From Ptychomitrium polyphyllum (lineage: Eukaryota), in contig OZ316775.1 in assembly GCA_973851085.1 (NCBI GenBank), positions 14,694,001 to 14,758,000 of the forward strand: 64,000 nt of DNA, given 5' to 3'. Within the stretch, counting starts at the first letter, position 1; each line of letters begins with the position of its first letter. Shown here in pieces: positions 39,501-53,560 of this stretch. Under the pieces are notes generated by a model. It saw only the letters and a list, made by a program, of their open reading frames with translations, had not been told where the DNA came from and did not search any database. A program made the translations under genes and the position numbers.

Positions 39501-42500
39501 AAATTTTCCAACACATCATCACAACCTCCATGACTTTGAACAACGTCCACTAATCAAAATTTCAATGGATATACGAGTGATCGTAATATGTTATTTGCCC
39601 AGGAAATACAACTCTCAACGAAGCATCCAAAAGGTTCAGAAGGTATGCACAGAAGGTATGCACAGTAAAATGTTGAGGAACCAAAACAAGCTGAACAGTA
39701 ATCATACCCTTTACCAAAGAAGATAGGCGTTTCCATCTGATATTCCAGTAACTCTGAGGCAATATCTTTGTGTTTGCCATGTTTCATCATTGTACCAACT
39801 TGCAAGCCTTCTAACCCTGCTGGTAATGGTATTGGCTCTTGAGAGCGTTGAGACCCTTTCTTTCCATTTCGACGTAGATTGAATTGGAGAGGGTCTTCAG
39901 CGTCTAAGCTATCCGATCTTCTATCTGAAGTATTATCTCTGAAAAGAAATAGCCAAACATAAGCACAATAGCAAAGCTTCGAGTCAATTCCGCAAGATAT
40001 CAACGATTCATTGCCACACAATTACTTAACTGGCAATCCTCAGGAAAGACTGAACAGTTACGGTTATACGATTTGTATGGTATATTTGAGCTAATTAAAC
40101 TTTCCAGATGTCCTCATGAATGATATGATATATATGGAAACCGACTTAGAGAATACAACACGTGTGAAACAAGACTAAGTTTTCGTGCTCAAGGATCAGC
40201 ATATGAGATGGACCTGGAAATCATGAAAAGACCCACATCAGAATGCGTTGTTCTAAAAGCTTCCACACAGTCTTTCGCGGATTTGTGACTTGGCATTTCT
40301 AGCCGCTGATCTGTAACTTGCTTAGCCCCTCCAACACGAACAACTTTTGAGGCTTTAAAATCCTCGATTAATTTGTGGTATTCTGCCTCTGAAGTGCTTG
40401 CATAAGAATCTGGGATGTGAAGGCTCCTCCGAGTGGCAATCCTCTTATCATCTGTAGAAGCACACACTGAAATTTTAGAACAACCTACAAGCTTAAGGTT
40501 CTCTATTGCAAGGGACAAGTTCTTCCATATGAAGGTGCAAGATGCACATCAAAGGTTCATCAAACATTTAATGTCCACCCTTGCTTATTCAATCATAGGA
40601 TAGAGTTGATAATGAATGAGATCGATCACTCTTTTGGTGGATAGGTCGACGTTAAGGGTTGCCCTAAGAATATTGACAGTAGAGCAGATATTCTTAAATA
40701 CAAGAGGAACTACTAGATACAGTAATATCAATACGAAAAGATGGTAACGTGTGAACAAATGATGCACGCTAAGCTATAGAAGTTGAGCGGACATTAAGAT
40801 GCAAATCAGATGACTCGATAACATATTTCCAAAAGTTACTATAAAAACATCGCAAACTCTGTCGAAGTATGACAGGAGGACCACCTGAAGATTCAAAATC
40901 GAGACTGTAGTATTTTCTCCCTTTCCCATCATCATCCACAACCACTTTGTCCAATCTCCTTAATGAAGGTAGTCTCATATCGTCTCTTTGAAGAAATTCC
41001 CCCTTAGTCGCAGGATCTATTTGTAGGGTGTCCATTCGCTCTGAAAGCGCTGTTGAAGAATTCTTATCGTCTGCTAACTTGCTCCTATTTCCTTTGTTCT
41101 TGCGAGTAGAAAACAAGTTAAGCTTGCCTTGATCTGGCTCCTTTACAGCTAACACCTCAAATGGTCTAGGTGTACCGGAAAATTTAAGATGACTATCATT
41201 GCTGCTAGAGGTAGATGGATCCACTGTGCTAGAGGGTATATGAACACTGGTCCAATCTATATGAGGAAGGGCCACCCGCTCACCAGTTGTATTCACAAAA
41301 CTCTTCGTATCAGCACTTAACGCTAAAGGAGAAGATACATCCACATTGCTTCTAAAAGTATTGGAGAGAACCATGAGAGGAGAACTATCAACTGCTTTCA
41401 AGGCAGCCTGAGCATAGCTCCTGAGATGTGGAGTAGGATTCGTGGTCTTTGAATTTTGTCTTTCGTTTTCAGATGTGCTATCAGAAGTCTCAGGAAAAGT
41501 ATGAGGAAGTTCAACTGACTGAGAACTGTGCGTTCTTAGGGGCTCCCAGGCAATGTCTCCAATAGCAACTTTGCTGGAAACCTTAGATTGAGCATTCAAG
41601 CTAGTAAGTTCAGGCCAAAAAGTATCACGGTCCTCCCTGACGGTTGTAGGACTCTGAATAACAGGCATAGAAGATTCTTCTGTTGCTTGCAACAATTCTT
41701 TAGGAGCAGTAGAACCCACAGAAGTAACCTCACCGGAGTCAGGTCTTGACTGCTGATAACGAGAGAGAACTGTAAGGGCAACATCAGAGATGCCGCTACA
41801 GTTTGCGAGGTTGACATCCACCAACTGCCAAACAAACAAGAAGAACTCAATGCAAGCACAGAATGCTTGACCTTGATCATTATCTAGCATTTTGAAAAGA
41901 TCAAAAATGAGATACTTGTCATCAAGAAGCCAACTCGTTTAGTAAACTCGGTAAGATACAAAAATACAGCTAGCCACCATCGCGTAAAAACACAAGAGCA
42001 CTTTACCCTTGAATGTAGGACACAAAGTGCATTCACGTCCACATCAGTCAAGAACGCACAGCTTCTGAAGTTCACGGATTCTAATGACCGCCGATGGTAC
42101 CACTTGCTATCTAGCTTGCCGCCTGCTGCAGCTTCTAAAATAGGCAAGAATCTCTTCACTTTGGAACCTGTGAACAGCATTAACAGAAAGATATTTCTTA
42201 GAAATCCAAAACACATAAGGCCCAGTAACATAGTAGAAGGTCGTTCAAATCGTCATAACATAATGGCCAATTAGGGACACTCAGACAATCCGCCCACTCT
42301 TGAGTAATAAGGGTTATTATGTGCATGATAGAGGATCTTACTGCAGCGTTTGAAACTCAAGGACTTCAGATTTCTATGCGAAGCCACCTGCAAACCACAC
42401 GTTACATACATTGGTCAGGTGTTTGATATTACGAGTTTCATGCTGGACACGGCATTTGCTCCAACGCAAACAATATAGAGATATCATGAATTACAGCACA

Positions 42501-44002
42501 ATGTTAGAGCAAGTACGAAAGACCTACCAAAGGCATACACTTTCAGGCCTAATTTCAACACATAGGCTGCACTACTTTCGCACCATGTGTTAGTTATAAC
42601 CTCGATAATTTTACAAGCACGTATGGGTTCCCTATACATGATCGGTGCAAAAATGTTAGGCACGTACAAAGCCTTCCAAAGCTGTAGGTGACAAATCAGG
42701 GGGCAACACCAGGAGTTGAACTGAGTCTCTTATATTCTTCACCACTCCATCAAACTCTTTTGAAACCTAACAATCCAAAAAAACAAGAAACCAGTTTACT
42801 ACCTTAACAAATGCAAGCGCAAGCATGGGCACAAAGATACAGACGAAATAAGATACATGTTTTACATATAATAGTAACCATCAAGAATAAAAAGAGAACT
42901 ACAAAACGGCAAACGGATGAAATGACACTCAGTGGGCTGGTACTATATCAGGAAATACTTATGTGCACAAGTAGACAATATCAGAAAAGAACAGCATAAA
43001 AAAGGTTAGGCGCACGATAGTTTCCTCCATTCAACTGAAACATCCATATGAATATGGGGGCATTCAGCAATTTAAGCAGGGTTTTAAAGTTATATTCTGA
43101 CAAACACTAATACCTTAACAAGTCAGCTGCATGCTTCATAAAAAATTTACAAGTGCACACAGACAACGGACAAAGGCTGTGGCTTTAGGTAATATTAGAC
43201 TCTTGCAAATTGAACTAGTATCTTCATGACCGTATCAACAGAGCCTTTAATAGCACAAAGACAACAAAAACCTTGAAATTATCCTCTTCGGTTCTCTCTC
43301 ATTCAGCACAGCTCGAGCAAAAGGTCAGCTGCAAATTGTCTCCATCTTCTTATTACAGGAACAATATAAGCACATCCGAGCAAAACTTGCCACACTTTCA
43401 AATGCACCAAGTTTACTGCACACAAGTACAGATACTTTGTACATTTAAAAACTTTTTCAAGTATGTGCACACAGTTTTCATCGCCTTCAGTATTCTAAGA
43501 AAATGGTGATCAGATTTACACTCCACTAAACCCAACTCAATGAAAACATGTAAATAATGGAGGTAAGTCCCGAATTAAATTTAAACGCCTTCAAAGAGTC
43601 CAAACTGATACTGTGCCCAGGAATGAAGCTGAAATATCTGTATGTTCTTTGCATTACCTATAACGACACTATCAAGAACAGTTAGGGACTGTCAAGATCC
43701 TTTACACTTTCACCAGCCCAGTGTATTCCTTAGCGCAACTTTCACTGGTAAAGTGGAAGCTTATATAAGGCGAGAAACCAACAAATTTAAAGATAATCTC
43801 ATCTTTATAAAGCGATCAGATTCAAGTTCCGAGGAAAGACTCCCTTACTAAAGCTGTGCTGACACCCTAGCTCAAAAGTCCAAGGTTAAAAACTCACTCT
43901 GGCGATTCTAGCAGCTTCTCTATTAGAAAACCGCGATAAAATCATCAATTTGCATTCTTCTGGCAGAGTTTCCCATAAATTCACTTTACTGTAGTCTTCC
44001 AT
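36561..44002 (-). CDS. F-box/LRR-repeat protein, about 13 coding exons (first 44002-43898, 42766-42668, 42387-42342, 42167-42007, 41824-40885; last 36740-36561)
   Basis: The N-terminal F-box is MEDYSKVNLWETLPEECKLMILSRFSNREAARIARVSKEF. Cys-containing LRRs follow: LESVNFRSCAFLTD, LVDVNLANCSGISD, LRSVSLAGCSDITD, LISLDISRCSGVTS, LQNVNVYGCRLL, LRELRCGGCDRLE, LKSVDACGCKNL. The stop is TAG at 36563-36561. Some internal exon ends are approximate. Confidence 0.85.
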
Positions 44003-45526
44003 GCTTGTAGACGGGGTAAAAAAAAACGCTCGTGCTTCCTCCTCCGCTTAGCAATGCAGGTCTGCAAAATAAAGTCAAGGAGCACTTGAACACAAATAAC
44101 GATTTGATCACATAAAATCTTAACCCACCTAGAACACCACACTCAGTTGATGCTAGCTATGTCCATGACATAACCCAACAGAAACATGGAGACAACACAT
44201 CGTCCAAGAGTTTGCCATGCACAACTGCTTGTCAAGAGTTTCCTTTACACAGAATTTGTAACAGGCGGATATGTTCGACCTAGAGAAGTACATTACAACA
44301 AGGAAAAAAATACTCAGAACCATCGCCAGCACCTCAAATTATGCACCACATCTGAGAAGGATATCCTAATCATACGGAAACGTTCCTCGACCGCCTCCAG
44401 TATAAACATACATAACTCTTATTCTCTTTAACCTCCGTCTGCTGAATTCAGACATAAGAGCATTGGCGCTCAGCACCGAGACCCTCCCACAAACACGAAC
44501 AACGATAGTCCGCGCAAAGAATCTGTGAGCCACGACGAAGCAGAACACGAGAAACAGCACATAATGCCCAATCAATCAACCTGGAAACCTCCCAAACTCC
44601 GAACCGCCATTAATCACCACTCTCTTACAAATCACAACCCCAAACCTCTTCTAAACACATCACTGACCCCTTCCAAACCCTAGCTTCATCACAGAGAAGT
44701 TCTCACCCTCATTGTATCCACGGCAGAATCAACTCCCAAGCCCAAACCGAAACTGCCGGTCAAGAGATTGCCCCTAAACCCAAACGAGACTCTCCCAACC
44801 TCCCCGCAGCTGCAAGCGAGGCCACGAAGGAGAGCCAAACCCCATACCTGGTGTCCACCCGGTGCCGCAACCCGCGCCAAGATGCTCCCCAGTGCAGCTC
44901 GGATGACAACCAAAGAGTGCAAGGCCGCCAAAGCTCCCCAGCTGAGGTTGCTGCAGCGCAGATGCAAACCGGCAAAACGGGCAGGCGGAGCAAAAGCGCA
45001 GCAGAACACTGCAGGCCCAGCGAGTGCAGGCCCAGCAATGCAAAGCTTAGCAGTGCAGGGCGAGCGGTACGTGCGCGACGACGACGAGTCCGCGAAACCC
45101 TAGTGATCTCAAGCTCTTTGGAACGTCATACCCGCCTCCGCACCCGGGTCTCAACCCCGTTCTCTTACCCTCTCTCTTCCGGCCACTTTTCCTTCCGGCT
45201 GCTTTTCGTCAAGCCCCTTTTCGCTCAACAGTTTTCGTTTAGGCCACTTTTCGTTCCGGTCTTAGTTGGATCTGGACCACGTGAGAGCCAAGTATGAACT
45301 CGATGAACCAATGGGATTGCTCGAAAGGTTGGGATCGGATAAGACTTTCTATTGAGGCACCAGTCTGATGAAACTCCATCCTAAGTGGAGGTCTATGTGG
45401 CATGTTCTTGGCGCCAGAAAATTGGGTTCAAGCCTCTGATTAGGTCGTCAGGATCCCACGGCTTGATTTCCTTTACATCTTTTGCTTTGCATGATTTGTA
45501 GTGATTGTGCAAACGATAAGTAGCAC

Positions 45527-45600
45527 GGCAGAGGGCAGAGGGCAGAGGGCAGAGGGCAGAGGGCAGAGGGCAGAGGGCAGAGGGTAGAGGATAGAGGGCA
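45527..45600 (+). repeat. (GGGCAGA)n heptanucleotide tandem repeat
   Basis: About 10 units of gggcaga, the last few degenerate (gggtaga, ggataga). Confidence 0.93.
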
Positions 45601-48314
45601 AATTGAATCCACTTTTAGTGCCTCACAACTCATTAAAAAATTTTGTAGTTAATACATAAGTTGTGAATCTTAAATTATAACATAAATCATTAGGATTGTA
45701 ATTGACACTGAATCCTACATTTCTTTATTTATATTGTTTTGCATTGAAGGAGTGATGATGATTACATTGTTGTTATTGCAATTGTAAAATAACATCATGG
45801 AATAATTTGTGGAATGAACTTTCTATCAAGCACCTTAATATAACATATTAATGTTTTCATCTTAAAAACAAGAAGAAGAATATATTTTCAACAAAATTGT
45901 ATGTCTTTGAAAGAAGAAGACAATATTAGTGTACCATATTCTTACTCAATATATGAATTGAAGATTATAAATACTAAATTAGTAATTTATAAGAATTTCT
46001 AGGTTTTTAAAATATCCAAGGTTTAACAAAATTTTAGGAATATTGGTATTATTAATGGTAGAAAATGCATTTAAATATAAGTTTTATAAACTTGAAAGTG
46101 GAATCGTAGAAACTATGAATATCATTTGTTAGAATTTGAAATAAGACTATAGTTTGTCATAATGCATTCTTAATAAAGAAATTGAAAATGTTATCATTCT
46201 TTTTTTATATTATTTTTAACATTATTTTTGTTTTTTCACTCAATTCCTAAAGGAATTCACATTAAGCGGGCTTAATGTCATAAATCCAAAATGGCCCTTT
46301 AATAGGGTCCATGGACTTTATAATAAAGAGTCAACTTTCACAATTTGATTTAGACATCCAATTGGAACCAAAAGGCTTTACATTGAATAAGCCCAATTTT
46401 AAAACTTTAAGCCAATTATTAGCCCAAATAGTGCCAAATTAGGATAGTTCGAGATTGAATTCAAGATCTAATATATAGTGGTCCTTAGAATTTATATAAT
46501 CAAAGAAGGTGCATGCTTTGTGACATCATCTATTCCATACATTAAGTGACTTACATGCCTCTAAAACATTTTCCATTGAATAAAGCCCTAAAGCATTTTG
46601 AATTATAAGAAATTTAAAAATGTTAGCCATACTAAAAAGAGCCACTAAAAACTAGCTTATTTTCAACCAATAAATATTTTAACTTTTGTAATAAGTTTAT
46701 TTTTGGAAATGGTTGAAACTTTTTACTCATAATCAACTTCTTTTAGCTAATTATGGTATTCTAATTAGAATTGAACCTAATAGTTTAATCTAATTATTTA
46801 TACTTGAATCTTTTAATTTTTTTTATTGGAGCTTTCTTACATCTTTGTATTTTTTTTCTTGTAAGTTGTATGTATTGTGACTCATGTACCTTTACATTTG
46901 CCATATTTCATACAAAAACATACAAATGGAACATTAAAACAATTGCTACCATAAAAATAAAAAAAATTTAAAATTTTTAAAAAAAAAAATTTAAAAAATA
47001 AATATATATATATATATATTCTCAAATAAAATTCACCATTAAAGAGTTGAAGTTTTGTCCAAATTGCATGTCTTTTAAGTCAAATTTCAAAGTATTTAAT
47101 TTCCACATCCACATAGAGGAAGAGCATTAGGAAGAATTGAAGGATTTAAGAGTTTTGTTAGTGACAATTGCAAAAAGTATCATAAGGTTTGAGTACCATT
47201 AAATTCCAACACATTTTAATGTCCAAGAAAGGTGTAATGGAAGTATAGTAGGCCTACAAAAAGCTTTCCTTGCTTTCATCTTGGAAGATACAACACCAAT
47301 GTGTTTTAAATGATCACATAGAAATAAAGAGGTGGTTGCAAAAGGCCATAGATATTGGAACTCAATCTCTAGAGCCGCTTTAATTCAATAGCAAGGAATT
47401 TAAAATATTCTTAAATAAGATAATTGAAAATTGAAGCAAACAAAGATAAGTTATTTGTATTGAAATTATAAGGTGGAAGAAAACCATATTAAATTCCACC
47501 ACCATTGCACTATTCATAAAAAGTTACAAAAAGCCATTTAATACGTGCAATCTTTTCAAAAGAGTTGCTAACCATAAGGGCATGGAAATGAAGAATATGC
47601 AAAGATATTAGAAGTAAAAAAAAGACATATATGAAATTTTAGGTACACATCAAGGTTGGAAGAAATGTTACGCAGTCCAGTATCATTCCAAAAGAAGGAT
47701 TTATTAAAAGTTCAAGTGCTACTATTTTTCCAAGAAGAAAATCTTTATTTCAAAAAGACCATTAAAGACATTTGTCCACAACTTAACATAGTGTTTTTTA
47801 AAAGTTGCATTTTATAGTGATTTTTAAAGATTTTTTTTCTAAATCTCATGCTAAATTCTTCTAAATTACACTATTTCAATTTAAAAACTAGAAGCAATTG
47901 AATAGGACTTAACAAACACAAACACACCATTTAAATCTTGCACTAATCTAACTTGTAATATAGAAGATGTTCAATTCTATAGTACTCTATTAGTATAAAT
48001 TATTACAAAAATAACTAAAAAATGAGTTAATTTTTTCAAAAGTGTTCAACTACATAGAACATGTAAATAATCATTACTCCTATTATAACATCTTCATATA
48101 ATTTCTAAGATTACTTATAACAAGTGCATTGTAGTCTAGCTAAAAAGTAAGAATTAAAACATAATTGATGCATTGTGATTTTGATGTCAGCTAAATAACA
48201 AACCAGCTTTATCCATGAAACCAAAGTTGGGAACACTTTAGCCACCATGGCCAATTTTTCTAATATATACCAAAATTGTTAAAGATGCTACAACAATAAA
48301 TTACTTCATATATA

Positions 48315-48507
48315 CAATTCACAATACACTTCCAATTCACGACACACTTTGATTCAGGATACTTACGATTCACAACACACTTACGATTCACGACACACTT
48401 ACAATTCACGACACACTTTACGATTCACGACACACTTACGACTCACGGCACACTTACCATTCACGACACACTTACCATTCACGACAGACTTACCATTCAC
48501 GACACAC
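48315..48507 (+). repeat. Minisatellite, 18-bp unit (ttcacgacacacttacga/cca) x~10-11
   Basis: Direct tandem array that accounts for the repetitive ORFs 48349-48531 and 48399-48602. Confidence 0.92.
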
Positions 48508-48998
48508 TGTGATATTACCCAGTTTGTTTGAATCATCGAATGACCAAAACTGGCACCTTTTACGAGAGAGTGGCGGCATGCAATCAACATGCTCGTCGAC
48601 ATGGTTGCTAAGCAGTTATGTTAGGTGATGAGCTCAAAAGGATGGTTACTGGTGTGGAACAATCGTGGCGTAGTTTGTGATATATTTGACACTGCTTGGG
48701 TGAGTAGACTTACCTGTGCGACCACCGCAACGATATCCTCTTTCGGTCCAGTCGTTGAAGTTTGAGAACACAACTCTCAGGTATGATCTTAACGGAGGAG
48801 AGATCATCATCCATTTGGCTGTTGTAGAAGTTCTGTGTGTTTGTTTTGTTGTGTCTTGTCTGTGGTGATATTCAATGTGCAATGCTTTGGAGTAGGGGAC
48901 GATGTTCTGTGAGTGAGTACTGTGGATGCTTGCGAGGTTGTGTATCAACTTGATGGTCTGAAAGCTCTGCGGGAGGTTTGTGTCTAAGTGTAGCAGCA

Positions 48999-51908
48999 AT
49001 GCAGTCTGCTGGGCATATGTCGATGGAGAAACCGAGTCCGATGCAGATGCAACCGAGTCCGACGCAGTCGTCACCGTCGACGGGTTTCATGGGGCCGCGG
49101 TCGTCACCCTTGTTTTCATCTGCAGTGGATCAGCCAGAGCAGCCTCCTGCAGGAAAGCATCATGTTGGCAGGTTGAATTCATTCTTCCTCGATCGCAGCT
49201 TTCAAGCATTCCTCCTCTATGTTGATTTCGAAAGCAGTCCTTTCTAGGGTTTAAGGTGGGTCGCGGGGTATTGCATTTGTGTTCAGTTGCATTGTCATCA
49301 CCTTGATGTTGATGAGCATGGTGACAATGTGGGCTATTGCAGGCCGCATTCGATGTCAGAAAGCGACCAAGCCCCTCCGCGGCGCCTCGCCATGGCGCTG
49401 GGGGGGCTTGGCCGGGCGGTCCGCCACATTGCCGAGGTCCGCTCAGGTGCTGACCTGCTGCTGGAAGCGCTCGACGCTGCTGCTCAGGCTCGTGGACGGG
49501 AGACTGGGGGCAAGAAGGCCAGTGATGGGATTCAGCAAGCTGCTGATGCGATGCGAAAAGCCCTCGACGAGCTTCGTGCCATAGGTACTTCATGAACATG
49601 TCCACACGCTTGGTTGTTTGCAATGAGCTCTTATCCAACGACGATTCACTCGCTTGGAATTCGAGGACATGAGTTCAAAACGTGGTTTGTTTAGGGTTTG
49701 ACGTTGCTTGATTCTTCTGCAGGAGAGGAGTTAGATGGTGCGGGATTGTTGAATACAGCACACCAGAGGTTTGAGGAGAACAGGCTGTGGAATTTGCCAG
49801 TGCCTTTCGTTGCCCCTGATGGAGCTTTGGTGCCTTATGCTTGGAAACGCCAGATAGCTGGTCAAGCAGCAGCATCAGCGCATGACAGAGCTAGGTATGG
49901 CTAACAATTGTTGCCCCTTCTCTCTGAGTCCTCACTGCTGAAACTGCAGGTTTTCCTGGTCTGTCTCGTACTAATCGCACACCAACCGTATAGTGAAGCA
50001 TTTTGATCATATTATATGAACCTACTACCAGTTACTGTCTTCTCATTATTGGATTTCCATGTTTCTATACGAGCAGTCTGCAGACGCTGCGTCAAGCGAT
50101 GAAGTAATTCTGTCATAGTCGTAACTCACTACTCTACAGTAGTTACCAGTTTAACCATCAGGAATACCAGTCTCAGTGTCTACGTTTCTTTTCTGTAGCT
50201 CAGGTTTCGTTTACGTATTGCTTATTTGTCTGTGAGGCAAGGAGGAATGATGGGTTGACGGTACGGATTTGAGAATGTGATTTCTACATGGTTCTTTGCT
50301 CTAACCCTCATTTAAGTTTTGCAGGCTTGCGCTGAAGGCATTTACCGAGCAGAAGAGGCGATGTTTCCCAGGTCTAGCTGCCATGTCCACCTTGGGAAAT
50401 GAAACAAAGCGTCCCCGCACTGAAGGATTAGAACCTTCAGAGACTGCAGAAGCATCTTTATCTGAGGTACTGAAGCGCATTCAGCCTGAAATTCAAGGAA
50501 TGGCTGTTACACCTTATGAACGCCTGGCTTGGGTGAACAAAACGAGTTCCATAGGCGGGATGGCTACGTTTTTCGCTAGCAGGGTACTTACTTCTAACTC
50601 GTCACTCTCAGTGAGACATGGTAATGCCGGAACGCCTCAAGTTGTAGGTGACAATCCCACTACGTCCACGAGACAGACTGAGAAGCCATCTATTCTGGAA
50701 GCTTCAATACCTGGAGTACTTGTGGCTGTTGTTTCAGTTTTGCCTGCTGGCTCTTTGTATCCGGACGCAATTGCGCTTTTCTCTCCTGCTGAGGTAGGTC
50801 AACAAAAATTTTAAACGACATGTACGGACCAGTTATTCGTACTCATATTTGCACGCTGTTTTTACTATTTACTATTCGACAGTCACTTCGATGACAAAGG
50901 CCTGAGACGTTTCATGATTCAAGTAGGTTGCAGGATTTAGTAATGCCACGTTTGGTTATTTTGGCAGACAGGTGGACATATTAGAGCATGGGGTCGATCT
51001 CAACACAAAATGTATCAACGATTATCCGTACGTATTTCTGTGCTAGCTCTCTCTTAATGAATATAATATACCGCTTCATCAGGTTTTGGGTTGCGTGCCT
51101 ATTATATGTGAATGCATTCAAAAGTCAATAGTGAAACTGGAGCCATCTGACTGTTACGACTTTGACTTCCAATCTGCATCCTATAATTGAATTATTAGTG
51201 TTCTATTTTGAGCTGTGCTCGCATGTATGCGTACCTTGGGTAAGAAAACCGAAGTTGGATCGATGTGTTAACAATCATACCATTTATATTCTGCAGGAGT
51301 ATGCAACGACGGTTCTGCACCAACTGTTGTGGCAAGAACGATCTTCTGCATTGGAGCTTCTCTTGGTAAGCACTCTGCTACTAAAAAGAAGTTTGCTAAT
51401 CTCCAATTTAGCCGAGACTTGCTACAGGCGAGTTTCGTTCACCTAATCTCATGTGCTTGTTGGGTACTTATCTCTGATCTGTTTATTAACTAACTGATGT
51501 TATCGTTCCTTTGTTGATGCAGAGATGGCTGCACTCTTATCGGACACTTTTTACACAACAATGCTCGTAAGTTTTCTTCCCACATGAGCAATGTTTATTA
51601 AAATGATATCAACTTCGGGATCTGCATCACAGCAAGAATTTACAGGGTGTTCTGTGATTTTATCGACATGCGACAACATGCATGTGGTAGAAAGCGATTA
51701 TGAATGCTCATAACGTCCTGGATATGGCAGGGTGTGCAAGCACGTGATGGCTTTCGACGGCCCCTCTGATCTCTTATTCCCTCCCCTGGTTAGGCCTACA
51801 CCAACGCTGTCCGTGATAACAAGTACAAAGGGTGTCCAAAATGTCAAGTCGGAGGAATCCAACGTAGATAGTGAAGTACTTGCATATCACCTGGGTTGCA
51901 ACCCTTAG
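48999..51908 (+). CDS. MED27: Mediator of RNA polymerase II transcription subunit 27, ~468 aa; exons 48999-49171, 49343-49584, 49723-49894, 50325-50793, 50968-51027, 51297-51365, 51523-51566, 51731-51908
   Basis: SESDQAPPRRLAMALGGLGRAVRHIAEVRSGADLLLEAL, PFVAPDGALVPYAWKRQIAGQAAASAHDRARLALKAFTEQKRRCFP, PAGSLYPDAIALFSPAE, WLHSYRTLFTQQCSVC and AYHLGC match plant MED27. All phases are consistent (1407 nt). The first exon and start codon are less certain (alternative ATG at 49353). Confidence 0.92.
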
Positions 51909-53560
51909 GGTATGCTGTGAATATGCCGTCGAACTTTACTGGTAGGATCCACGTTGGACTTGGTATAATCGTCCATCGACATTTCAACACAAATGCGTAG
52001 GAGCTGACTTATTGTAAAATATTTGCCCAGAAAATTAGCAATTATCTCGATCTGATTTACACACACTCATTTGATACTGTATCGTCACGAATTGAAATGT
52101 AAATACCGTGTGATGAGACTTACACCTCAAGCCTACGAAATAGATTCGTATTCCTTTTATGAAATCCTTTCGACTTTCAAACTTCACGCCCACAGACCAT
52201 GGTTACCATTACAACTGACTCTGGTTTTACTCTAACATGACCTGAATTGGAGGACTTCAACCAACACTGGTTGTACCAGATTTTCATTGGCTGCAGCTAC
52301 AGCACAAGATCAAAGATCCAAGGTTCACAGGGTCACAGGGTCATTGGCTGGGGTTGGTTCAGTAATCTTCATGATGGATAAAATAATATGCGGCCACCTT
52401 ATTCTGGGAGTTGCAATAGGTCAGGATTTTCTTGGGCCAGTTGAATAAATCTTTGATCTTTGCATGGATGATGGAATAAACTGCATGTCATGATTTTCAT
52501 CAAACCAGGAGTCACCAGCAGAGCCCACAAAGGCCATGATTTCATTTGTCGCCGCCTATTGCACAAAATATCATCACCGTCGCTATGGAGATGATCTTGA
52601 CACTTGATCTCCGTAGGAATGATATCATGGTGGAAAGTTGCAACGCTTCTTGGAGAAGCAGCCGTTGAGGAAGTGGTAGAGACTGGTAGTTAGTATGTGA
52701 TGCATGTCTTGTTTCTGTGTCCGTTCCGTCTGTGGTTTGAGTTTGGCTGGGTTGTACCGTTGGTCTTGTTGCTCTGCTGATGAAGATTTCTGTCTCCTTA
52801 TTTTGGAGGTTGATTGGGGCAATTAGGGATGTAGAGGAAGTCCGAGGGTTTTGAATGCGCTATGTGGAATTGAGATAAGAAGCGGCATTGTTGACATTGT
52901 TGTTGTTGGAGTTTTGATGTCCACGAGGCGATTGTGGTTTGCAGAAGAGTATCAAATTTCTTTGGGTTCACTTCGCTTTTGTAATGCAGTTCTTCAGTGG
53001 AGGAGATGCTCTCAGTTGCTTCTTTAGAGGAAAACTTTTACGTTGAAGTGGGATAGACAATATTCCTTTCTTGCGTTGAGCTTCAGAATCTTCATGAACT
53101 CAGTTGCTAACAGCTTATGGGGAAAGCGGAATTCATGTTTGTCATAGCTGGGGAACACCTTTGGATATCGTGAAGAATTGTGAGCATTGATAAGTGCCTC
53201 TGTTTTTGTTTTGGCAATGCATAGCTATTAGGAACTGTTATGTGCCGAGTCCTCCGCACATTTAATCTTTTTTCTAAGAAGCTTGTAGTACGTGAGCAGA
53301 TCTTCTTGGTGAAGTTGTGTTTCAACCGAGCACGCTCTTACTGATCTCGTTATAGCTCAGACTACCAGAACTTGAATGCTGCGTTGCTCCTGATATATTT
53401 ACCTTCTTTAATTTCTGTATTGACTCTAGGTCAGTGAATCGCAGTGAAGAATTAATGCAATCAACCATGTGCGAGCCTTGAGGCTTAAGCTACCCTGTTG
53501 GCCGAGGCGGCGAAGAGTTTGTATCCATAGAAAAGCAAGGGATTCTGTGAAGAGGTCAAG

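Noticed and set aside
44689..45297. Five overlapping ORFs on both strands
   Set aside because: This is the GC-rich 5' leader/promoter of the F-box gene, where stop codons are naturally rare. No recognisable protein is encoded.
48315..48507. Regularly spaced repeats resembling a CRISPR array
   Set aside because: The units are directly adjacent with no unique spacers, there are no cas genes, and the context is eukaryotic. It is a minisatellite.
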